Under the pieces are notes generated by a model. That model did no database searches. It was given only the letters and a program-made list of their open reading frames with translations, and was not told the origin of the DNA. Positions 28,819 through 38,155 of a stretch of 64,000 nucleotides of DNA are shown here, piece after piece. This DNA comes from a virus (taxonomy: Duplodnaviria > Caudoviricetes), in IMG/VR virus record IMGVR_UViG_3300021254_000020, positions 32,001 to 96,000 of that record. One strand, written 5' to 3'. Position 1 is the stretch's first letter. Each line of letters opens with the position of its first letter. The translations under genes and the position numbers were made by a program.

Positions 28819-28961
28819 CAATTTAATATGGAGAAAGATAGGCAGTTAATTCTGCCTATCTTTTTTGCAATAGTTTTGTTATTCCGTTATATATTATTGT
28901 AGTGAGAAAGTCAATATTATAGGATATTGATTAGTGCATATACCTAGAAAGGGGTATTAGT

Positions 28962-29213
28962 ATGAACAGTATTACGCTAAAATTAACAAAGGGTCAGATC
29001 GAGTTTCTCAAAACACACAAAGATGTTATGGAAGACGTGAGCAAATATCTCACAGTAGAAACCATCATTGACTTGGCATCTCAAATTCGCGATTTGGAAA
29101 TGGATGATATCTCTGCATATCATAGTGGAGATATTGCGAATGTCGAGTTAGATGTCAAAATGGATACCAATGGGAATTGTTCTATTGGTATTGATAATGT
29201 TGATGTAAAGTAA
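28962..29213 (+). CDS. Hypothetical early protein
   Basis: Early promoter 28890, AAAGGGG RBS. Confidence 0.65.
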   Translation: MNSITLKLTKGQIEFLKTHKDVMEDVSKYLTVETIIDLASQIRDLEMDDISAYHSGDIANVELDVKMDTNGNCSIGIDNVDVK

Positions 29214-29222
29214 GAGGAGGAA

Positions 29223-29918
29223 ATGACCATGTTAGCAAATAAAGTATTTAGCCAGGACGTAAATACCGTAATCAAATTCATTAGCAATTTATCTCACGAT
29301 GTTACTGAAAATAAATTATCATTCCAGTTTGAGATCAAAGCATTGAAAAATAGCGGTAAAAACGAGAAAGCCCATATACTTGAAAAACGCTGCGCTATGT
29401 TCTTAGAAGAAGCAAAGAAAGTAGAACAGGTATATGAGCATAACCTCGAGCAGGGCACCAAATTACATCGTTTATTAATTTCGAAGTATGGGTACAATGA
29501 AGCTACTAGTGAACTTAATAAAGAGCTGGAGCTTGATAACTTTAAAGATTATTTCATCAATAATTATTCTCTGTTCCGCAAAGCTGTAGGACTCACCCGC
29601 AAGCAGGTAGGAATCGAATTACATGTAACAGAAACGTATATCTATAGTATAGAACGAAATAATGATGAGAAATTCTTCAGCCTGTATTTCCTTGCAGTTT
29701 TGAAAAAGAGTAAATCTCTTGGGAATTTCGATATGCTCATTCTCAGCCATAGGGAAAAGGAGTTGTTCGAAAACATCGTGCTTACAAACAAAAACAAATA
29801 TAATGTAAGAGAATCTCTCACTCCTCAAAAAGTTGCTATGCTTGAAAAAGAGGAATGTGTAGATTACGATGGTATTAAAATTCCCAAGTTTCTGATGAAC
29901 GTGTTATTTAATTCTTAA
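29223..29918 (+). CDS. XRE-type helix-turn-helix protein
   Basis: FRKAVGLTRKQVGIELHVTETYIYSIERN. Confidence 0.7.
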   Translation: MTMLANKVFSQDVNTVIKFISNLSHDVTENKLSFQFEIKALKNSGKNEKAHILEKRCAMFLEEAKKVEQVYEHNLEQGTKLHRLLISKYGYNEATSELNKELELDNFKDYFINNYSLFRKAVGLTRKQVGIELHVTETYIYSIERNNDEKFFSLYFLAVLKKSKSLGNFDMLILSHREKELFENIVLTNKNKYNVRESLTPQKVAMLEKEECVDYDGIKIPKFLMNVLFNS

Positions 29919-29931
29919 GGAGGAAAATAAA

Positions 29932-30318
29932 ATGAGAGAAAAATTGATTGCAGGGTTGATTAACAGCGCAGATTCTATTCTTGAAGTAGCAAAAACTGGC
30001 AATAAGTTGGCAATGCCAGTATACTATTTATTCAGTTTGGTCGGTATGGCAATATCTCTTCCAATAACTATATTGGTCACAATTCCGTTCATTAGTAATG
30101 CACATGTTAGATCATTGCTTATTAGATCTATCAATAATACTATAAGAATGGTAGGGATCTCCTTTGTCGGTATGTTTCTATCTCCATTATCGCCTACGTC
30201 TTTCATTATAGTAACGATTGAGTCATTAGAAGCTAGCCTAAATGGTTATGGCACTAGCTTAAAAATGTATGATCGTCCATACGATGAGAAGACCGTAAAA
30301 GAATATTTGGCAGCATAA
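29932..30318 (+). CDS. Membrane protein
   Basis: Two or three hydrophobic segments, related in pattern to the N-terminus of 30428-31159. Confidence 0.7.
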   Translation: MREKLIAGLINSADSILEVAKTGNKLAMPVYYLFSLVGMAISLPITILVTIPFISNAHVRSLLIRSINNTIRMVGISFVGMFLSPLSPTSFIIVTIESLEASLNGYGTSLKMYDRPYDEKTVKEYLAA

Positions 30319-30427
30319 GCATAACAAATCCCCCTCACTTGAGGGGGTTATTTTTTGTAAACTGCAATACGATTATATATTATACTAGTGAGTGATAATA
30401 AATTGAAATTTAAAGGAGGATAAACCT

Positions 30428-31159
30428 ATGCCTATTTTTGATCAATTTTTAATGAGACTTATCAGTGAGCTTATTGATTACGGAAGAGCAAATAATAAGT
30501 TTGCTATTGTCAGAAAACTACTAGGAGTCTTTGTATTTTCAACAGCTCTTACATTGATGAGCACTATACTTCTTCCATTTTCTGTGTTACTGGGTAAAGA
30601 TAGTTTGAGTAGTTGTTTTAAAAGCATATATGTATATGGTCGTCTACTTGGAGCTTCTCTGATAGGAATTCCAGTTACAATAATTAACCCTAAAGATGTG
30701 GTAATATCTGTAGTGACTTTGTTAGCAGATGTAATCAAACTGTTCTCTGGAAAGGACGTCAATTTCGGACCTTCTGATGATAAGGATGCTATGCTTAAAG
30801 TTATATTAAATACTGAACCTGGAGCTACTGTAGTATTTAATGTACCAAATCAACCTACGATTTCTATTGAAGATCAGATCAATGATGAATTGAGAAATAA
30901 TACTTTGTTTAAAAGAAGGTTTGATACTAATGCACAATTATACGATGCGTATTGGCCCATGTATACTAATATGATGGAAGAATTAAAGAAGCTTCTCAAA
31001 TCAAGCCCAAATGAATTTGATAGTTTAATGCATATTAAAGTAGATATGACTAATGAGTTCAATGCATTATCGGCAGAGATAATCAATTTACAATCTGATA
31101 CTGATTTTGAGATAATGGATTCCAAGATCAGAAATTTTATGAACAAGTATAAATCATAA
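30428..31159 (+). CDS. Membrane protein
   Basis: Hydrophobic N-half; early promoter 30376. Confidence 0.7.
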   Translation: MPIFDQFLMRLISELIDYGRANNKFAIVRKLLGVFVFSTALTLMSTILLPFSVLLGKDSLSSCFKSIYVYGRLLGASLIGIPVTIINPKDVVISVVTLLADVIKLFSGKDVNFGPSDDKDAMLKVILNTEPGATVVFNVPNQPTISIEDQINDELRNNTLFKRRFDTNAQLYDAYWPMYTNMMEELKKLLKSSPNEFDSLMHIKVDMTNEFNALSAEIINLQSDTDFEIMDSKIRNFMNKYKS

Positions 31160-31405
31160 TATGATTATATACTATAGTAATGTAGGAAGTATGACACTTG
31201 TGTTAACACAATGCATTCCTACATGTGTCTACATGGCATCGCTCATAGCGATGACCTCCAAAAAAGAAGAGCCTATATATCGCTGCTGTGGTTGATCGGT
31301 TCTTCTTTTTTTTCTAATTGACACAGTGAAATGGAGAGAGTCACTACGACTCTCTCCATCTCTATGGTTAGCCGTTCTATTGAACGGTGGCAATTGGAAT
31401 CGATA

Positions 31406-33430
31406 TTAGTAACCAGTGGTATCATTGCTCGGTGCCGGGTTAGACGGATCCGATACAGCATAATTAGGCTGGTGAGCCGACTTATTGTTGCCATAGACCG
31501 CATCTTTAAACTCGCCCGGAGCATTAGTCATCTGGTTCATTACGCTGACTGGAGTCTTCGGAATAGCATCGGAACCGAACTGAACGAACTGCTTAGTGGT
31601 TTCATCGAAGGTAATCTTATTAGCAGTGTAGTCGTTGAGAGCACGCGGACCGATCGGGCTGTCATTCTCAACTTCAGTCTTGAGACCAGTCGGGTTGAGG
31701 ATCTGGATACGACCCTGAACAGGTTGATAGCTCAGGAACAGGAAGCGTTCGAATGCAGTTACTGCCGGCAGCTGGTAGTTATCCGTATCACGAATTTCGT
31801 TACCAACGTACAGCTGATAATCGAAGATCTTGTACATGATACGATTCGAGTTACGCGGATTCAGAATGATAATCAGGTTGTTATCGTTACGCAGCTTGTT
31901 GGAGCTGATGAACTGGTAAACACGATTATCGCTAGTCTTAACCGTCTTCTTATAGTCGAGCATTACAGGACCAATGTTGGACGGAGTTACATAGCTGTAT
32001 TCCTTCGGCGTAATCTTGCGGATCAGTTCCGGACGTCCAAAGATGGAAACGGTTACGTTCTCATCATTGTATACCTGCAGCATGGTCGTTACAGCCGTGT
32101 CCAGGTAGTCCATGAACGTCTCATAACGCCAGGTTACATGAGAACCAAGGAAGTTATCCGGCGGTACGAAGTCGAACGTACCGGATACTTTGCTCGTGCG
32201 CGGCAGGTTCAGGAAGGAGCTGTCGAGATCTTCCAGAATCTTGTCGTCTTTATAGTTAACTAGCGTCAGTTTGATCATGCTCATCAGCTTGGTCAACTGA
32301 TTTACGTTATACATAGCCTGAATGTCACGGGTTTCTTCCGGAGAGATCGTAACAGTGATGTGCGGTGCTTCCGGGATTTCGAAGTAATCCGTACGTGCGG
32401 ACCATTTAACTTTCGGAGTCTCGTATGCAGCGCTGGAAACGTCAAGAGCAGCAGAGAGGATTACATGCGTAACCGTTGCACTCGTGCACTGGAAGGTGAA
32501 CTTGTTGTTGTGCATGGAACCAGCGAACTGGAATTCTTCAGCACGTACACCACCAACACCATCAGTCGGAACAACCATATCAACACGTTTCTGGAACGTA
32601 CGGTCATACTGACCAAATGCTGCTACGAAACGAATCGGTTCAATAGCAATAACTTTGCTCTGGAGAGAACCAGTAGCCTGATCATATACTTTGATATCAG
32701 TTACGTTACCCTGAGCATCCAGAACAGCATATTCTTCGCCTTTTACAGTCCAAACATTTTTGATGATCAGTTTGGTTACTTTAGAAGCACGAGATACGTT
32801 TGCCGTCGTGCGGTTTACAGCACCAAGCAGAGCCAATACGTCAGTAGTCTGATTTTCCGGCAGGGCAATAACAATGTCCTTACGCGGAACAGCACTCTCA
32901 ACGATGCTCTTAATCTTGTTCTGTTCCAAGAACATATCGATCTGAGTACCGTCCGGAGCTACCAACGTACGGGTTTCCATGGTCAGCGTGAACTGCGGAC
33001 CAGCTGCTACATCCTTCGGAATGGCACCTTTATCCATGACCGTAGTCATGAGCAGGTTCTTATGCATCGGGAAGGTAATACCAACAACAGGGTTGAAAGA
33101 AGACAGCGGAGCAGCTTCGCAAATACCTTGAACGTCATTTGCATACAGAGCTGCCAAGCCATCATAAGCTTCTTTCAAAGCCTGCGGATCACCCTTATAC
33201 TTCGGATCTTCAACATCGAAACTGTTTTCCACAAAGAAGTTCTTCATCTGATTATTCAGATTGGACTTCATAAAGAATTTACGCGGTTCCTCAAAGAGAT
33301 CAACGTGCTCGGTGAGACCAGCGCGAGAGATTCCAGTAAATGCCTCCGCGAGATCATGCAGTTCATTGCGTTCATAAGACTGGAGAACGTTCTGCATGGC
33401 CTGGTTTTGGCGAGAGCCTACTACTGCCAT
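31406..33430 (-). CDS. Major capsid protein precursor (probable)
   Basis: 674 aa, strongest high-expression codon bias in the window, own late promoter (33558-33569) and terminator (31332-31357), helical propeptide ending at a likely cleavage site GICE/AAP, scaffold-like gene upstream. Confidence 0.75.
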   Translation of the reverse strand: MAVVGSRQNQAMQNVLQSYERNELHDLAEAFTGISRAGLTEHVDLFEEPRKFFMKSNLNNQMKNFFVENSFDVEDPKYKGDPQALKEAYDGLAALYANDVQGICEAAPLSSFNPVVGITFPMHKNLLMTTVMDKGAIPKDVAAGPQFTLTMETRTLVAPDGTQIDMFLEQNKIKSIVESAVPRKDIVIALPENQTTDVLALLGAVNRTTANVSRASKVTKLIIKNVWTVKGEEYAVLDAQGNVTDIKVYDQATGSLQSKVIAIEPIRFVAAFGQYDRTFQKRVDMVVPTDGVGGVRAEEFQFAGSMHNNKFTFQCTSATVTHVILSAALDVSSAAYETPKVKWSARTDYFEIPEAPHITVTISPEETRDIQAMYNVNQLTKLMSMIKLTLVNYKDDKILEDLDSSFLNLPRTSKVSGTFDFVPPDNFLGSHVTWRYETFMDYLDTAVTTMLQVYNDENVTVSIFGRPELIRKITPKEYSYVTPSNIGPVMLDYKKTVKTSDNRVYQFISSNKLRNDNNLIIILNPRNSNRIMYKIFDYQLYVGNEIRDTDNYQLPAVTAFERFLFLSYQPVQGRIQILNPTGLKTEVENDSPIGPRALNDYTANKITFDETTKQFVQFGSDAIPKTPVSVMNQMTNAPGEFKDAVYGNNKSAHQPNYAVSDPSNPAPSNDTTGY

Positions 33431-33595
33431 AATATATTTCCTCCTTTTTCTCCCGCGCTGGAGCAGACTAAAACTTGCAAGTCGTCAACGCGGCTTTTTT
33501 AACTTAGATTAATCTATAAAACCTATAGATGTACACACTATAGGGCTTACTAGACCATTACGTTTATGTTGCTCAAGTCAGATGCCAATTGCTAA

Positions 33596-34396
33596 TTACT
33601 GCACGTCATAACCCCTATTAAATATAGGGAACTCCTCAGGTTCATGTTCAGGCTTGATCTTACTATTCATCTTGGCAATAGCTTGTTGTCTTTTTATTCG
33701 AGACTCGTATATATTGGTTACCAACCTAGTTATATAATTGAACCCATAAGTGAATCTCTGCAGCTCAGTCTTATTCTCCAGATATGTTCTAGCAGGATAA
33801 GCATTAACCAAACTATCTGTAATCATAGTCTTCAGATTAGTTAGCTTCTTGATAATGAAATCGATCATTGTGTCATCATAAGAGGTTCTACTAACCTTAT
33901 TGATCTTAGTAAGAGTTTCAGTAACTGCCTTAAACAATTCCTGATACCTTTGCTTCAGTTCAGTATTCTTTAATAACATCTGTTCAGGCTTAAGATCAGA
34001 GAAGATAACTTCCTCGTCTTTCTCTATCTCAGTTTCTGGGGATTGTGTTGCTGGATCTTGCATTTGGTCCATCTGATCCATAGCCTGGTTAGGATCCATC
34101 TGTTGATTTGGATCTCCTTGAGCATTAGGATCACCAGCCATTTGTTGGTTGGGATCTACTCCAGGCTGCATTCCTGCATTTGGATCCATTGGTTGCTGGT
34201 TAGGATCTGGAGCTCCTCCCAACTCAGGTCCAGGTTGTCCACCAGTAAAATCAGGAGGTGGAGTTCCTGCTCCTAGATCTTGTTGTTGGGGTGGCATAAC
34301 AGGAGCACCAGCTTGAGGAGGAGCAGCAGGCATAGGCTCCTCAGTCAATGGCTGTCCCAATAGGACTTTCTCAAATAAACTATACACTACTATCAC
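33596..34396 (-). CDS. Putative prohead scaffolding/core protein
   Basis: P/Q-rich DPNQQ repeats plus helical C-terminus, directly upstream of the capsid gene. Confidence 0.5.
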   Translation of the reverse strand: MIVVYSLFEKVLLGQPLTEEPMPAAPPQAGAPVMPPQQQDLGAGTPPPDFTGGQPGPELGGAPDPNQQPMDPNAGMQPGVDPNQQMAGDPNAQGDPNQQMDPNQAMDQMDQMQDPATQSPETEIEKDEEVIFSDLKPEQMLLKNTELKQRYQELFKAVTETLTKINKVSRTSYDDTMIDFIIKKLTNLKTMITDSLVNAYPARTYLENKTELQRFTYGFNYITRLVTNIYESRIKRQQAIAKMNSKIKPEHEPEEFPIFNRGYDVQ

Positions 34397-34401
34397 TCCT
34401 A

Positions 34402-35850
34402 TTAATCATTATCATTTCTAGCAAAGTTGGAGCTAGGCGTGAATCGTCCATTCGGATCTACATCGGTTTTCCATATAGATGGATTAGTGATTTCTGGAGT
34501 ACCCTCTTTATCTTTGATCTCACCGATAGTTTTGTCTCTTACATTTTCCCATTCCGTTTCGAGGATATCTATATTTTTATCTAATTCATCTACATACGTT
34601 TGGAGGCGTCTTTTCTGATCTGCATCTTTAGTAGTATCTAATCGTCTCTCTACAGACCGTTTATGATCTCTCCATTCAGAGATAGAGGAACGAAGATATT
34701 CTTTATTAAGATGCTTACTAGTAAGATAGCTGGTTATAGCTGCTAATACTCCAGGAATTACTCCTAGAGCAAATCCGCCAACTGTAACACAAGCATAGAA
34801 AGCAATAGAAAGAGCATTGTGAGTACCATTAGCAATATCTTCTAATCTAGTAGTTACTAGTAGAGAATGTATAGCACTTTTAGCCATGCCAGCTGCATTA
34901 GCTGGTGCTAACTTGATTCTAGCTATGGCATCTTTAGCTTGGTCTAATAAACTAGCTTCTAGAAGAGCACTCTCACTTTTCTCAATATGAGAATAGTCGT
35001 CAAACTCTTTGATTAGTGTAAGTCTATCATCCTCATCATTAGAAGTAGTTAGTTTATTCTCATTCACTCTCTCTAGATAATCTATATAGTCGTATAAATA
35101 GTCTTCTTTAAAGAAGTAACTATTCTCCAATGCACCTTTAATCATATTAAGTGTTTCAGTAACACTATCATCTCCTCTATGTAAGAGAGTATAGTCTACT
35201 ACGTTTCTCATAATAGATTCACTACTAAAGTTATCACCAAGAGTCTCACCAATACTATACAATGTATTCTCAGTCATAACAATGAATCTAGCTTCCTTAG
35301 AACCGAAGTTATATGAGTCAGTCATCTCACATAACCTATATACCATTTCTGTAGATCCCCAGTTGGTATAAGATTCCATGATAGATTTGGTTGTATCGAA
35401 TCTCTTATCTAGATTACGATAATTCTTCAATACCCTATCAGAATTGGTTAACTCAATATACTTCTCCAAGATAGCTTGTTTACTATCCTCATTAATATTC
35501 ATCATTTTGAGATATTTGTAGAGGGGCCTTATATTAGTGATCTCTTCTAGAATCTTATTGAATATTTTAGTAGACTCATTGACTTCCAATTCTCTCTCAT
35601 GGTTCTTATCGATATATTCCAATAGAGTAGCAGCTTTCGTTAGATTGCTTATCTCATCTACTGAATACATGTCCCAATTGATCATAGACTCTTTCAGATT
35701 CTGATAGTTATAAATAGTTTGCCAAGACTCAAATAGAGGATAAGCCATCCTTCTATTTCTAGCAATCCTATAATTTTTAAGAGAGGATTCTCTTATCTTA
35801 ACCTTATTCATTGTTGATCTAGGAGTATATCTCATTCTATACTTTTTCAT
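34402..35850 (-). CDS. Putative virion internal head protein
   Basis: Multiple xxES/LLEAS motifs; hydrophobic hairpin near the C-terminus. Confidence 0.5.
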   Translation of the reverse strand: MKKYRMRYTPRSTMNKVKIRESSLKNYRIARNRRMAYPLFESWQTIYNYQNLKESMINWDMYSVDEISNLTKAATLLEYIDKNHERELEVNESTKIFNKILEEITNIRPLYKYLKMMNINEDSKQAILEKYIELTNSDRVLKNYRNLDKRFDTTKSIMESYTNWGSTEMVYRLCEMTDSYNFGSKEARFIVMTENTLYSIGETLGDNFSSESIMRNVVDYTLLHRGDDSVTETLNMIKGALENSYFFKEDYLYDYIDYLERVNENKLTTSNDEDDRLTLIKEFDDYSHIEKSESALLEASLLDQAKDAIARIKLAPANAAGMAKSAIHSLLVTTRLEDIANGTHNALSIAFYACVTVGGFALGVIPGVLAAITSYLTSKHLNKEYLRSSISEWRDHKRSVERRLDTTKDADQKRRLQTYVDELDKNIDILETEWENVRDKTIGEIKDKEGTPEITNPSIWKTDVDPNGRFTPSSNFARNDND

Positions 35851-35863
35851 ATACTAAGGCCTC

Positions 35864-37576
35864 CTAAAATTCTGGTTTGGTGAGTTTATCCTTATCATCA
35901 GCTAATACCAGGGTTAGATTGTATAATGATTGGATACACTCCTTAGAGGTAAACATCAAGTTTTGTCCATCCAAACCGATAAAGTATTTCTTAGAGTTGA
36001 TAGTATTAAATATCTCGTCATTAGCTTCAATAGAATACAGAACCTTAGAAGATACTGTGTCACCATCGAAGTCACCACCGATTGAATCAAGACGCACGTT
36101 GTTCGGTAATGCTACATCCATAAAAATATTAGACGTATTCTTATTTACCATCTCTGGATCAATCTTTGGATAATCTGGATAGAAGGTATTATTAACCACC
36201 ATAGGAACTGTGTTAATAGTAGAGAGAACCTTTATTTTAGCAGGATACTGGTTCCAATAAGTATCTATTGGGAAACGTGTTATCAGCGTACTCTTATCTT
36301 TAGCTATTTCTTTAGCAGCCATAAAGATTAGATCACACCAAGTAAGTGGTCTTTCACTGATAGGAAGGTTAACTCCTTCTTCAGGAATACCGCCATTCTT
36401 AGTAAGAGTCTCTGCTACTTTCTCATCAGGAACGTTGAAACCCTTAAACATTAAGTAGCTCTTCTTACCTTTAATATCTTCTTCCTCAACTATTGGAGCT
36501 TCGATAGCCATGAATCTATTACTAACACCATGCATGAATCTATCTAGTTCTTCTTTGATCCGTTCATCAGAATACTGGTCTCTCCAGTCTCTAATATGAA
36601 CTCGTCTAGTAGTTTTAGCTTTAGGATCCCAAGCAAGAATTTCTCCTTCATCGCTTAAGTTATTGGCGAACCATTGTCTTATATGGAATATCATATAAGG
36701 GAAGAAGTTGGCACATAGAGCAGCTAGAGGTAACCCAATATGGTCTAAGTCAATCTCTAGATCTTCTAACTTTTCTTTTCTTAAGTCTTGTGTACAGATA
36801 ACCAAACGTGCACCCCAGTCGAATGAACGTCTCATACCAGCACGTCTAATAAGACCTAGCTTTCTAGACAAACCAGATGCTTGACTCTCTATACCAGTTT
36901 GAGGGTCTCTACCAAAAACAATGAAGTCATATACCTTAACTAGACTATCTTGAATACGTCCTCTTAATGAGCCATTCAATGATAACCCATAGTCATCGGA
37001 TTCTTTCAATGCTTTACAATCTCGAATAATAGAATTATAGATCTTATTAATAACACCTACACCTATATTCTTACCAGAAACGTCTGTATCAACGTCTCGA
37101 TACCCTGCAGGCAATACTACGAAATCATCTATAAATAGCTTATCCCTATATTTGGTTAAGAAGTCTATTCTGATATTGCGTTTACTACTAGCAGTCTTCT
37201 TGAAATCAATCGTCTTAATCAACTTCTTAAGAAAAGGTAATCCAGTCTCACCATTAGGATCAGGCTTCAGTTTACCAGTTTCTTTATCTAAAACAAACGT
37301 ATCCATCTCATAAGCACACAGCTTAACGTTACTATCTAACTTATTCCATATCTTATATGCCAGAGGATGCATAAATGTATTCCCAGCTAGATGAATATAT
37401 GCGAAAATGGTCGTTCTGTCTTCTTTAGAGACACCAAAGATTTCGTTAGATAATAACCCTTTACTTGTCGGAAGGTTAGTTCTAGCGAAAAACATTGGGT
37501 CATTTACCTCTTCTAATTCATTTACTTTAATAAAGTTATTGACGTCAAGAGGCTCTAACTCCAAGTGTTTAGTCAT
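35864..37576 (-). CDS. DNA-directed RNA polymerase beta' N-terminal/catalytic subunit (split phage RNAP, likely the virion enzyme)
   Basis: GLLSNEIFG, VLPAGYRD, TRFP and GGDFDGD (catalytic DxDGD) motifs; late promoter; co-transcribed with head genes. Confidence 0.9.
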   Translation of the reverse strand: MTKHLELEPLDVNNFIKVNELEEVNDPMFFARTNLPTSKGLLSNEIFGVSKEDRTTIFAYIHLAGNTFMHPLAYKIWNKLDSNVKLCAYEMDTFVLDKETGKLKPDPNGETGLPFLKKLIKTIDFKKTASSKRNIRIDFLTKYRDKLFIDDFVVLPAGYRDVDTDVSGKNIGVGVINKIYNSIIRDCKALKESDDYGLSLNGSLRGRIQDSLVKVYDFIVFGRDPQTGIESQASGLSRKLGLIRRAGMRRSFDWGARLVICTQDLRKEKLEDLEIDLDHIGLPLAALCANFFPYMIFHIRQWFANNLSDEGEILAWDPKAKTTRRVHIRDWRDQYSDERIKEELDRFMHGVSNRFMAIEAPIVEEEDIKGKKSYLMFKGFNVPDEKVAETLTKNGGIPEEGVNLPISERPLTWCDLIFMAAKEIAKDKSTLITRFPIDTYWNQYPAKIKVLSTINTVPMVVNNTFYPDYPKIDPEMVNKNTSNIFMDVALPNNVRLDSIGGDFDGDTVSSKVLYSIEANDEIFNTINSKKYFIGLDGQNLMFTSKECIQSLYNLTLVLADDKDKLTKPEF

Positions 37577-37658
37577 ACTCTGACCTCCTTATTAGCCACA
37601 TTAGTTGAATGTCGCAGCTATGAAATTCCCATGCCTCCAAAGAGACATGGGAATCATA

Positions 37659-37994
37659 TTATACTTCATTCATATGAAAGGTCAACACGTTGCGGTTCCT
37701 AGAAACATTCAACTCATAAAGAGGTTTATATGCCCCAGGAACAATCATCTTATCTAGATTCTGTTCAGCACTCTCAGCTATAGCTTCTGTACGTAAAGTA
37801 ACATTGAATTTAGGATTAGTGTCCTCATCAATGATTTTAACGTTCAGTATATCATCATCAGGGAAGGTACCATTTAGTACGTTATACATAGTTACCTGTT
37901 CAGAGAAGTGCTTGGGTGGATACGCAACGTTTTCTTCACGAGATAGCTTCTCATTAAAAAACTGTAAGAGATTCATTGTATCCGCCTCGCTCAC
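37659..37994 (-). CDS. Hypothetical protein
   Basis: GTG start with GGGAG RBS. Confidence 0.7.
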   Translation of the reverse strand: MSEADTMNLLQFFNEKLSREENVAYPPKHFSEQVTMYNVLNGTFPDDDILNVKIIDEDTNPKFNVTLRTEAIAESAEQNLDKMIVPGAYKPLYELNVSRNRNVLTFHMNEV

Positions 37995-38155
37995 TTATAG
38001 ATCTCCCAATACGTCTAGCAAATTGGGGTTTTTGTTTTCAGCATCCTTTTTCCTCTTGTTCTCTTTCATAGCTCTAACCCATAGATAGTGGAATAATCCA
38101 TAATCCATGTTTATTAGTTCTTGAATAGAGGTTCTACCCTTATTGTAGTCTGCTA

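Noticed and set aside
31331-33502. Long + strand ORFs (310 and 380 aa) antisense to the capsid gene
   Set aside because: Shadow ORFs caused by strong codon bias of the real gene; no RBS or recognisable motifs.
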